Below the pieces are notes generated by a model that was given only the letters and a program-made list of their open reading frames with translations, searched no databases and had not been told where the DNA came from. Below, one piece after another: positions 12,701 through 28,402 of a stretch of DNA of 64,000 bases. Made by a program: the position numbers and the translations under genes. Source of the DNA: Guillardia theta CCMP2712 (Eukaryota > Protista > Cryptophyta); NCBI RefSeq assembly GCF_000315625.1, contig NW_005434640.1:318270-382269 (forward strand), written 5' to 3'. The stretch's first letter is position 1; every line of letters starts with the position of its first letter.

Positions 12701-13558
12701 ACACTTCTCTTGACTTCACGGTGCGTGCAAGTCAAGTACATACAAGCAGCTTACAGACCTGCAGGAACAAGTTGGATTGGGCCTCGTGCTTGAGCGAGGT
12801 GAGGCGACGTGAACCAACGAGCACCAGGAGGGAAGGGAAGGGATAGAAGGAGAGGGGGAGAAACGAAAGGAAATGAGAAGGGGATGGCAGAGGATTGAAA
12901 GAGGGGGAGAGGAGGGGAGAGGAGGGGAGAGGCAGGGGAGAGCAGAGCGAGTAGTCAAAGAGTGTTAGGCAGCAGAGGTGGGGAGCTGAGATGGCGATGA
13001 CGATGTAGCAGACGAGGAGGGGAAGCTGCGGGTCAAGAGGAAGCTCAGCGATCAACCGCATGTCAGTCCGAACAACCCTTCCCTCCCCCCCTTCTCGTGC
13101 TCCTCCTCCTCGTCGTCGTCCTCGTCCTCGTCGTCGTCCTCGTCGTCCTCGTCGTCCTCGTCGTCGTCCTCCTCCTCGTCCTCCTCCCCCCCCCCTCAGT
13201 GCCGCCCCCTCGCTCCCTCCTGTTGAAACGGGTAACGCAGGTTAACCTGGACGACGAGGTCCTTCAGCTGGACGGGGAGGAGCTGCAAGGGAGGTCAGCG
13301 GGGGAAGTTCAGAGACTGTGCGAGGGGGAGGAAGGAAGCGAAGTGAAGCTGAGAATTCGGAGATTCCAGCTGAACCCCTTCGACGAGCCGCTGGAGGTCG
13401 AAGTTGTCGTTACACGGAGGCAACTTGGAGGAGCGGGAGCGGGAGCAGGAGCAGGGGCAGAAGGAGCGGCAGCAGCTCCAGGAGAAAAGGAGGACGACGA
13501 CGATGGCCAAAGGAGCACTAGCTCCTCCCAGATTTCCGATCTGATAAAATTCACCTGA
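9776..13558 (+). CDS. Multi-exon coiled-coil protein with C-terminal PDZ-like domain
   Basis: Many small exons bounded by GT/AG. The last exon VNLDDEVLQLDGEELQGRSAGEVQRLCEGEEGSEVKLRIRR resembles the C-terminal half of a PDZ domain. Exon chain not fully resolved. Confidence 0.5.
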
Positions 13559-13727
13559 GATTTCTCAGGAGGAGCAGGAGGAGGTCAGATAGCTGGCGTG
13601 TAGCATCCCTTGTACTTTATATCACTGTGACACTAGAAGAGCTGAAAAAGAAACTTTGTTCGATGGTCTCCAGCAGAGCCCGCGCTGACCAACCGCTCAC
13701 CCTCCTTCTCTCCAGCTCACAGTCAGC

Positions 13728-16711
13728 TCAGAGCTGGTTGAAGGACGCCTGGCTCCTGTTCTCCTCATCATCATCCTCCGCCATCAGGTTCACCGCCAGC
13801 AGCCTGTCCCCCTCCCGCAGGCCGCTCTGGTACCCGATCCCCCCCTGCTTGATCCACTTGATCCTCGTCCCCTGCTCGTTGCTGTGCAGCTGCATTCCCA
13901 GCTCTCCTCCTCCTGCCTCGAGCTCGAAGCTCTTGACTCCCTTGTCTCCTCGCGCCACCAGCACCTGCACCTTCTGCCCCGCAGCCGCCCTCCTCCACGT
14001 CTCCGAGAAGGCTCTGCTCAGCCGGACAGCAGGGAAGGAGGAGGCCGTTGACGAGGCCCTGCTGAGCATGGAGCCGCCGAAGGACGCGGCGGCCCCGGCG
14101 GCTGACATGGCCCTGGACAAGGACTCGAGAGGGTTCTCGATCCGGAGGGAGGAGGTAGAAAACGTCCGCTCGATCTGCCCGAGGGACGAGCGGCCCGTCG
14201 GTTCCTTGAGCAGGAGCAGCCAGTGTTCCACCCCCTCCCGCCTGGCCCCCAGCAGGTGAAAGCCCTTCGTGCTCTCCTACTGCAATGTCAGCAAGAGTCG
14301 AGCTGGAAACCAGCTGGGGGCGGCGAGCTTACCTTGAAAGAGTGCACGACGTCTTCCTCCGAGAGTTCCTTCACCTTCCGCTGCCCAAGACCCACGATCA
14401 GATCCCCGACACAGAGCCCAGCAGAGGCCGCGGGGCTGCCCGGGTCGCAGCTGGAGACGACCGCAGCTGAGAACTTCCCCCTGCGGATGTGGATACCAAG
14501 ATCTTTGATCTTGCCCTTAGGGAGGTGCACGACAACTTTGACAAGAGGGAAGGAGGAGGAGGAGGAGGAGGAGGAGGAGGAGGGAGTGGGGAGAGAGGGC
14601 CCCGGCTGCTCTTCGCGGAGGACGAGAAAGACGAGGAAGGGGTTGTGGGACTCGTAGGAGGCCTCGAGAGTCTCCAGGAGGATGTAGCTGGAGATAGCTT
14701 CCTTCATCTCCCTTGAGCTCGGCGCCTCCAAGACCTTCCGGGGAAGAGACGTCACTTCTTCCCCGAGCTTCAGGCCACTGGTGCGGCTGCCGTCGGCGAT
14801 GTCGAGGACGACGAGTCGGCCGTCGGAGGATCGGATAAGGTCGATTCCCAGCTGCTGGCACTCGATGCGCACGGGGTTTGACAGGGGAACGTGCGGAGAG
14901 GCCTCGGAAGCAGTGAGGGGAGAGGCTCCTTCCGGAGGAGGAGAAGAGCGCTTGCCCAGACTCCCGTCGTCATCCGAGTGGACCTGGAGGGCTGGAAGCG
15001 CTTTCTGTCGCTGAAGGAGAGCTCGAGAAGGAGGATAGGCTGAGCTGGCCTCGTGCCCGGGCAGCCGCTGCATCATCAGAGCATCCTTCCCTTCCACATC
15101 CTCCTGCTCTGCCCCGAACGCTCCTTGGCCCTTGTCGCTTCCCCCGGAACGAGTAGGGTGGATCACCTCCTCAAGGATGCTACTCATCGTCACCTGCGGA
15201 TCTCTCGCCCATGACACGTTCTTCGGTGTCCTGCCAGGCCCTGACAGGCTCGTCAGAGGAGCGAAGGATGTGGAGGACGGCTCGGAGACAGCTGAAGGGG
15301 GAGGGTCCCGAGGCTTGGGCTTCTCCGGTTGGCTCCCTCTGAAGGAGTAAGCAGCTCTCTTCCTCTCCTGCTGCTCCTGATAGAAGAGAAGGTCCTCGTC
15401 CGTCGCATCGTCTGTCTGCAAGTCCCTCAAAGAGCCGCGGGTGAAGCTGCTCAGCTCCGGCTGATCCAGGTACGCCACAAGCTTCTGGCGGTGGAGGAAG
15501 CTGAGAGCAATCACGTGCTCGAGAGCGATGATCGCGCGCCTGTTGCTGAGCATGCTCGTGACGCACTTGAGATTCTTGCACATCCTCATGTCCTCTTTGA
15601 TCTGCTTCCTGCTCTCCTGCTTCGCCCAGTGACCGATGAAGTTGATGAGCTCTTCCCTCGAGTTGCAATGAATCACTTCTCGATGCGTCAGGTTGGTCAG
15701 GCTCTCCTTGTACTCCTGCAGCAGCTTCTTCGACCTGTCTGTCTCCAGGTGCTGTGACAAGCCTCTCGTCTCGTTCAGCGGAGAGTATCGAGAGGCAAAG
15801 ATCTCAGAGAGTGGCTGGGAGGAGCCTTCACGCAGCAGCTCCGCTTGCAAGCTCTGAACACAGAGGGGAGGTATCAAGATCTGGATCTCACGCTCGAGCA
15901 GCAGGTAGGGAGGTTTCTCCTGGCACATCTTTCTGATAGCATCGAAGACATCTCTAGGGCTCCCCTCCCTCGAGAAGAACACGTTCAGTCGGACTTTGAA
16001 GCAGCCGCCCTCGTCGGGGTCCACCGAAGAAACAAAGATGGCGTGGATGGGCAGCGAAAGGCTCTTCGCCACCCCCTGGGAAAACTCGTGGACCGACGAC
16101 CTCATGAAACTCTCAGCATCAAGACCGCAAACAGTCAAGGTGACCCTGATAACCTCGTTGCCCTCTGTCTTAGCCGAGCTCGCCCTTGACTGGATTGTGT
16201 GCTCGTACCCGCTCAAGACGCTGTTTGTCTTGATATCAGCTGAGGGTCTGTTGAGAGCTCTGTTCAAGTCGTCGATGAGCTTTCTGTTCTGCTCTTTGAT
16301 GTTGTCAAGGTCTATCTTGTTGAGCTCGTCTTGCATCGAATAATACTTCAACGAGCTGTTTACATTTGCATCCAAGGCATGTAGAACAGAGCTGCTGTAG
16401 CTAGTGCCCTTGGCATCTCCATCGCTGTATTTCTGCCTGTAGCTGTGAACGGGCTCGTTGGTGAAATCGACGACATCTCTTGCTCTCACTTCCGCCTCCT
16501 CCACCCTCGTCCCCTTCAGCTGCTGCAACTCGTCCCAGATCAAGTCCGATGTCGACCTTGATCCTCTTGCCTTCCACGTCGACTCTCCATCCCCTGCCCT
16601 GCCGCGTGTCTCGGCACGATCCTCTCTCCTGCTGCTCGTGCTCTCACCTCCTCCCATTCCCTTCGCTCTCATCGCCATTGTCGCTCGCCTCACTTCCTCC
16701 CGCACGTTCAT
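13728..16711 (-). CDS. Large protein with multiple PDZ domains; exons 14333-16711 and ~13728-14276
   Basis: DLGIHIRR..VVSSCDPGSPAASAGLCVGDLIVGLG and ELGMQL..IKWIKQGGIGYQSGLREGDRLLAVN are PDZ signatures. Intron 14277-14332 is in frame. Confidence 0.75.
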
Positions 16712-17039
16712 TACTGACCGCTGCTTGGATCACCCCCGAGTACCCCTGAATCTCCCATGCAAAGGACCCCTACAGAGCCCATCGAAGAGATGTCAAAAGT
16801 TTGATGGATCGGACTCAGAACGTTGAAAACCGTCGAACAGTCGGCGCTCATCAGACGGTTACTGTCCGATCGGGCTCAGTCGCGGGGTGAACTTCGACGG
16901 CTGTTGTGCCCGGCCGGGCCTGCCCATTATGGCATGGTGCTGTCCCATTGTGACTCAGGCTGTGCGACAGTTCCAGCACTGGCACAGCGGCAGGGTCACT
17001 GAAGCCTCCGAGCTCAGTCCTCGACCAGACCTGCCTCAC

Positions 17040-17129
17040 CTTAACTTTGAGTAAAGAGTCCCACTGTCAGTGACAAAATCCTCCGATCTCATCTCACCGC
17101 ACGCTTAGTTTACTCAAAGTTAAGTTAAA
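17040..17129. promoter_or_regulatory. 16-bp inverted repeat (CTTAACTTTGAGTAAA / TTTACTCAAAGTTAAG) in a divergent intergenic region
   Basis: 17040-17055 is the reverse complement of 17109-17124. The motif recurs at 31690-31710. A regulatory role is inferred. Confidence 0.5.
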
Positions 17130-17470
17130 CTTAGCCAATAAGACGCCTACCAGGGCCTGCTCGCCCGGGCGCCCGGGAGCTGCCGCCGGCGCCGGGCCCG
17201 GGACTCCGTGACTGACAGTAGTGGTCCGGCTCCCTTTGTAGTGCCCTGGAGAGAATATGGTTGCTGCTCCTTTCGCGAGCCACTGGGCGGGGAGCAAGAG
17301 AAGTACCCTACAAGGAAGACGAGCTCAGACGATGAGAGGGCAAGTACCGGACTCCTCGAGGATCGCTGCATAACATCTCTTGAAACCCATCGTTAACCTT
17401 TGATTTCACGGGCGATACCTTGTTCCCTGCCTTCGCTGTTTTCCTTAGCTCAAACAAGCTTCATCGCACC

Positions 17471-19100
17471 ATGTCTTTGCGGCTGACCGACACTCAACGT
17501 GAAGCCCTACGAGAAGCTGCAGATTCCTTCATCCAGGTGAGGGGAACTAGACGCGGAACGCTCCTCCCTTACATGAGCTGAGCGATAGGGGCTGGAGGAT
17601 GTAGAGGACAGGCTTTGGGACCTCGAGGCAGCTCAAGTCGCGTCTGTGCTCGGACAAGTGCTGGGAAAACTCGGCGAGGTGTCAAGCTGGAGAGGTCGAG
17701 AGACTCGAGCTGAGCTACTGGCAGGTACTCGGCTCCTTCAAGGAGAAGCTGCCGCAAAGTTCGGAGCAGCGTCGCAACTTTGTGAGAGAATCCCTTGCCC
17801 TGTCCCTGCTGAGGTTTGCCAATCCTTCCAGGCCAAGCAGTACATCGAGTCCTGTGTGCAACTCCGCAACGACAGCAGCGCTGAACCGCTGGAGGACGAC
17901 ATGTTGGTGAGTCTTGCGGGGGCGTCGGGAGGAAGAAGTGACCTGCATGACAGATAGAGGAGATGATGTCGTCTTCTGTACTAGAGGCCGACGAGGCTCG
18001 ACTGTAAGCGACGAGCTCCCATGACACTGACGGGTTGTGTGCAGCAATCGTCGTTGCTTGCGGAGATGAGAGGCATCAGGCAAAGAATGAGGAACCGGTC
18101 AGGCTGTCAGCACAGCACTAGTTAAGTTTCTTGACGGGTTCACAGGATGGCAGAGGAGTGGACGGAGGAGACGCAGAGATCGGCGGAGGAGGACTTTGTG
18201 CGGCAGATGATGGTGCTAGAGACGATCATCGAAGAGTTGAAAGAGACCATCACCTCGATCGACGAGGAGGACCTCGTCCAGATGGCCCAGTTTGGTATCT
18301 CGTTTGCTCGTTATGTGACCACCACCGCTCGAAAGACTCTAGAGCGGACGGCGGAGATGGCGCTGGATCAGAATGGTGGAAACATACAAATCTCTGATCG
18401 CTTTGAGATGATCGAAGAGGAGGGCGATCGGCAGCGATCTAGTCAGGGTCGGTCAGCGATGGCGAGTACTGCAGAGACCGAGCAAGCGGAGGACAGAGAT
18501 CAGAGCTCTCGCAAGCACAAGAGGAGGAGAAAATCTAGAGCTCGGAGATGTGGAAGGATTCGCTTGATCTGGCCTCCTGTGCGTGCCCAAGTGGTGCAGA
18601 GTTTCGTCCCGATGTATCAGCGAGCATTGGTACCCGAAAGTCACGATCCCTTGAGCTTTGCAGTGATGTGGCTTGCCTTGATGTGCTTTATACCTCTCCT
18701 CTTGCTAGCGGTGCTTTCAGTGCCGCTGCTGGTCATGGACGAGATCCTTCAGGCGCTCTACAACAAGCTGAGCGGGCAGCTGTCAATCATCGCGGAGGGC
18801 GAGGAGGTCATGTTTGCCCTGGTGAGTGCAGGCTGAAGGTGATAGGCCGGCAAGGGGTTGACAATAGGATGTCGCAGTGGAACGTAGGAAACGCTTGGTA
18901 CATGCTGGGCAAGATCACAGTGAAGCAATCATATAGGCTGTTCAAGCGGCAGTGGGACAGGGCAAGAAAAAGTCCCAACGGCACTGCTGAGGTATGGAGG
19001 CGGGATGGAACGAAATTTGTTGAGCTACGTTTGACAGTTCATCAAAAGCTGTTTTGAGCTTGTCGCGAGGAAGGCGTCAGAGGCAGCCATCACCATCATC
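17471..19100 (+). CDS. Hypothetical multi-exon membrane protein (3' end uncertain)
   Basis: ATG at 17471 (MSLRLTDTQREAL), a 229-aa coding exon at 18147-18836 with coiled coil and a hydrophobic FAVMWLALMCFIPLLLLAVLSVPLLVM segment, and short introns. Confidence 0.5.
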
Positions 19101-19641
19101 AGAGACCCTCTCGCTCCAGTTCGTCTGACCAGAGGTGACGGCCCAGCTTGTTGCCCGGTTGACATAGAGGGATGACAAGGAGGCGGCAGGCTTTGCTGAG
19201 ACGCTATGGAGCCAAGTGCAGAGCTACCGCTCATCGTTCCATTGAGCCGCCAGGTAACGTAGTCTCGGAGGCTACTAGAGCCTGCCAGGCTGGTCGGGAC
19301 CGTCTGTGCGGGCGCACGCCGCCGTACGGTGAGTAGCCTCAGTGAAGAAAACCACTGAGTGATGATCATTGTGCGACGGCTCTGGCCCCGGCAGCTCGCC
19401 GCGGCAGCATTTTCGTATTGAACAGCAGTAAAAAGTGAACAGTGCCTTTCAGTGTTGAGTAACTTTGAAACTTTCAAGGGTTTTGGTTTTCAGTACATCC
19501 GGTCCGTCACAAATTTCAAAGATGCAAATGAGCAAGAGTTATCATAATTATACATAATATCTGATGCAAACCTAATGATTTATGTATAATTATATCGATG
19601 CGTAGAGTCGACTTCAAAATTGGAGTTTTACAGCAGGCAGC

Positions 19642-20689
19642 ATGGCGAAGAATCTGAGCGTGCTTGTCCTGCTGGGGGTGAGCTGGTCCCCCTTGTGCTG
19701 GGGTTGGTTGCCGCCCCTACCAGGCAGAGCATGTCAAAGTTTATCAGGCCCAGCCATGATGCTTCCTGCGGGAGCCAGCAGCCATCGCTATGCAGCATCG
19801 TGCGTCGGGAGAGAGGGTTGCCGTTTGAGAATGTCGGGATCGCCGAAAGAGACTCCGTTGACGGATGAGGAGTGCGACATCCTCGACCTGCCTCGAGGAA
19901 CCAAGTTGGTCGGGGAGATGAGTGACATCATGAAGGCAAAGCTCGACGGAAGCAAGACGGTGGGTATGACATGGTGCTGCTTGAATCAGCAATAACAGTA
20001 GTGATGATGCAGGGAACTTACGAGAAAACGAACCAACTTAGATACTTTCAAAACGAGAAGTTCCGCAAGGAAAACTATTTTGGCAAGCAGAAACTGGTGG
20101 TGAACGCTAAACGCATGGCGGCGAAGGTGCGCAGAGCAGAAATCGAAGCCAGGATGGACGCTGGGTATACGTATGAGCAAGCAGGTAGCAACTCATCTCC
20201 TTGATAGCTGCAGCATCCTAACCTTTGCTGTCCCTCTTAGTTGCAGAGGTGGATGCAATCATTCAGGCGTCCAACGAAGGGCTCGAGCCTCCCCCAGTGG
20301 CTCCTCCGCAAGGCGCAAAGCCTGTCGATTCGGTGTTGAGAGAACTTTTCGCAACCATCGATCGGGACTCGAGCGGATACATCACAGCCGGAGAGATTGC
20401 TTCTGCCTTCACCAAGCTCCGAGGTCAAGATGCGGATCAGAATCAAGTCCTTCAGGTCTGACTCGCCCAGCTATTGTTCGAGCTGTCGTTGAAACTCAAG
20501 ATGTGGCAGGATACCTATGCGGTCTTGACGGCCATGGACATAGACATGAACGGGTATGTCGACTACGAGGAGTTCAAGGAAGCAGCAGAGCTGTTTGTCG
20601 AGACAGCTTCAGGTACACAGCCTGTGAGGAAGCAGAAGCAGGGGATGAGCCAAGCTTTCGGGTGGTTGTCAAACATCTTCAAGAAGTGA
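19642..20689 (+). CDS. Probably plastid-targeted EF-hand calcium-binding protein (4 exons)
   Basis: Signal peptide followed by an aromatic residue (CWG-W) and a transit-like region. Two EF-hand loops: DRDSSGYITAGE and DIDMNGYVDYEE. Confidence 0.75.
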
Positions 20690-21437
20690 ACAACACGTTA
20701 ACACGTTTTCACTTCAGCTCGATGTCTTACGGTATGTAGGGGACCAGAAAATTTTATTTATTCTTGGCAAATTTGCTTGTGGTTGTATTTTTTTTTGACC
20801 TACAATGAGGATTGTAAATCGGAAACAAGTATGATGAATTGTGATTGCAATGTTGTATTAGAAGTCGCTTTGAAATCCGTGGCCATTTCGTGCTTGCTCA
20901 AGGCCGACACATCGATAGTGGAAGTTGCATGATGGCAGTCAGCCCTATACTGTTGGTCAGCTCTCCTGACTTCTACTAATCCTACCTCATACCATCATCC
21001 TGATGTTGATTTTGCATGTTCACGATGCAAAGAATAGTGAGTTAGCCACAGGGATCGGAATTTCTTGTACTGTTTCAGCTTAGTCTGATCGCTGCATCAA
21101 AAGCGGGATCGAAACTTAATGTCTCTATCAGTCAAGAGCACGTGACATGTGTATCATTGATCAAACTAGAACCATCCTGTATGCCACGACAAGACTGCGA
21201 AGGCAGACAACACAAGAAAGTCGTAAGGAGGACAGCTGTGATTCGAGTTGCTGTTTCTGATGACAAAGCTCTGCACCGATCGTGCAGACTTCTCAGCACT
21301 CTTGTCGCATGAGCTGCCTCGTGCTGCCGACTCACAGAGCCACGGTCAGGCTTCAAATGATTTGCAGTATTACACTCCAATGGCAGGCCGCCAGGGCTGC
21401 GCTGACTGCTACTATCAGCAGCCCGTGGCTTCGGTGA

Positions 21438-22334
21438 TCAGGGATGTACTCGGCAGCTCCCTGCTGTGAGTGCAGATGGACTCGCCGTCGGAGGCATCCG
21501 TTGAGACTCGGTTTGACCCGGGGGACTTTCAACTGCCGTCCCTGGAACTTGCGGCCGCTCTTGAAAGGTGATCTGATTTGTCGCACATGACGGCACCGGT
21601 GTATCCACAAAGCTCCGCGCGCACCCGCTCACGTTGCACAGCTGCATCGTACACCTGTCGTTGTCACCGACAGGTGTCTCGTCGCCAATGTATCCGTTCT
21701 TACACGCGCAGTCGAAGCATGGTACCGTCCCTGATCCCTTCGTCGCAACTGCAGTGCCTGTCCAAAATGAGGTCAAGAAAGTGTAGCTCTTGTTATCGGA
21801 TTGCAGCGCCGCGATGATCTCCTCCACCCTGCTCGACCTCACTCCGTCGTACACTCCTCTGCTCACCGACGCGTCTACTGCTCCTGTCCGCCACTCGCAC
21901 AGCTGGGGGGTCTGGAAGCTGTACTGCAAGGAGGTGTTGGAAAAGTCGATGCTGTAGTCTTTGTTGAGCACGTCGGAGTAAACGAGCTGCCAGCTGGCGG
22001 TCGAGTCGTAGTTGGCATTGAGGCAGGTGTAGTACGTGTAAGGCGCCGAGCACCTGAAGGATGGAACATAAGCATACTGGAAGTCATTCGATGATCCAGT
22101 GCGGGGGTATGACTGTAGGTAAGTCTCAAGGATCCCAGTGTTGTCTCGTAAGGTCACGGCAGTACCATCATTAGATCTCGATTCATAGAGGACGCCAGGC
22201 TGCTGGAACGAGAACACCAAAGCTGGGTTGAAGAATCCGGAGAAGTTGAAAACTTCACATGCCTTCCTGCCAGGACAACCTGCATACCATGTGCCAGGGG
22301 CCTGAGAAGGCAGTAGACAAGGAGGAGAAGCCAC
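21438..22334 (-). CDS. Cys-rich, probably extracellular protein with EGF-like motif (ends uncertain)
   Basis: 298-aa ORF rich in Tyr/Ser/Cys; contains CACKNGYIGD. Confidence 0.45.
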   Translation of the reverse strand: MASPPCLLPSQAPGTWYAGCPGRKACEVFNFSGFFNPALVFSFQQPGVLYESRSNDGTAVTLRDNTGILETYLQSYPRTGSSNDFQYAYVPSFRCSAPYTYYTCLNANYDSTASWQLVYSDVLNKDYSIDFSNTSLQYSFQTPQLCEWRTGAVDASVSRGVYDGVRSSRVEEIIAALQSDNKSYTFLTSFWTGTAVATKGSGTVPCFDCACKNGYIGDETPVGDNDRCTMQLCNVSGCARSFVDTPVPSCATNQITFQERPQVPGTAVESPPGQTESQRMPPTASPSALTAGSCRVHP

Positions 22335-22678
22335 AAGAAAGGAGGAAAAGGACGGGGAAAGAGAGATCGCAACGCATTGCAGTAGTGCAGTTTTTTCGGT
22401 CCCAGCAGTAGCCCGGCAGACTCGGAGAGGTCAAGGCCTTCCTGTCCTTCGCTGCTATCTTTGTCCTCAGTGCGCACAGTTAAGTGAAGGCATACTGAGC
22501 CAAGTTTGGGTCGGACCGTACCGTCCGGCGGACTCAGTCCGATATACCGTCAGCCTCCCGGAGGCTCGGATCCGATCGGACCGGCGGAGTCGGATCCGGT
22601 GACTGCTTTCCGTTTCTATCCGTTACATTTTAGCTGTACGACGTTTCATTGCCGTTGTGGAATGGTGGGGGCGGCGGG

Positions 22679-27321
<4,643 letters not shown>

Positions 27322-27487
27322 CCTGACCTGCGATGTGGGGTTGATTCTTTAGGGAGGGGGTGGGGGGGGGGGAGCAGATTTTGAGAAACTTCTCGTGCGT
27401 TTCTCCTTCATCGGTGTTTGCGTTAAACCATATGTTTTTTCGGACTTGCACTTCTGAACTCTGGTCAACTACTCCTCCTCCTTATCT

Positions 27488-27594
27488 CTCTCCTGTCCTC
27501 TCCTCTCCTGTCCTCTCCTCTCCTCTCCTCTCCTCTCCTCTCCTCTCCTCTCCTCTCCTCTCCTCTCCTCTCCTCTCCTCTCCTCTCCTCTCCT
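27488..27594. repeat. (CTCTC)n microsatellite
   Basis: Visible tandem repeat. Confidence 0.93.
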
Positions 27595-28402
27595 GTGTGT
27601 CGTGACTGAAGTTTCAAGTCTCAAGTTCTCGCGCCGTGTTCCCAGAAAATCTCACCGAAATCTCCTGTGATGCACAGAGGGTAGGGGTAGTGAAAATTTG
27701 AATAATTAGTAGGTAGGGTACTGTATACAGGGGTACCATTGTTCAACAAACACCATACGAATGGTGGGTACTTGAATTTACACCCTACCTCATAAATACT
27801 GTGAATTTGCAAGGGGTGGTGGTTGGTAACTTGCAAGACAAACATGGTGAAAGAAAATTCGCCATTGCTCCTTCCCCTCCCTCCGCTCTTCCCTACTCCT
27901 CCTGCTCCCGCTCGGCCTTACTCCTCTACCAACTCCTCCTCCTGATCCTCCTCCTGATTCTCCTCCTCCTCCTGACTCCGCTCCTGGCCCTGGCACTCCT
28001 GTTCTTGCGCTTGGCTCGTGCACCCCAGGGTTCCCTTGCCTCTAGCACACTTTGGTTCTGCTTCTCCTCCCTCGAGTAGCCCATTATCTCCTTCATTGCT
28101 CTTCTCTTTCTCTCCCCCCGCTCTTGTCCTCTACATTCACCACCACCTTCCCAATGTCGATCCCTCCCATCCCTTCTGCCCAGTCTGCAAAACATGTCGA
28201 TACGCGTGTTGCAATCACGGGATCGAAAGGTTGTTGAATGATATCTTGTGGCTTTCAGGATCGTTGCCTTGATGGACAAAACTAAATGCCAAGTTATCAG
28301 ATGAGAGGAAATTGAAAGCTACTTCCGCGCCTGAGATGCAGTTACTTCAACCCAGCAAATACTCCAGCTCTCAGTGCGTGACCTGTCAAACCGTCCATTG
28401 AG

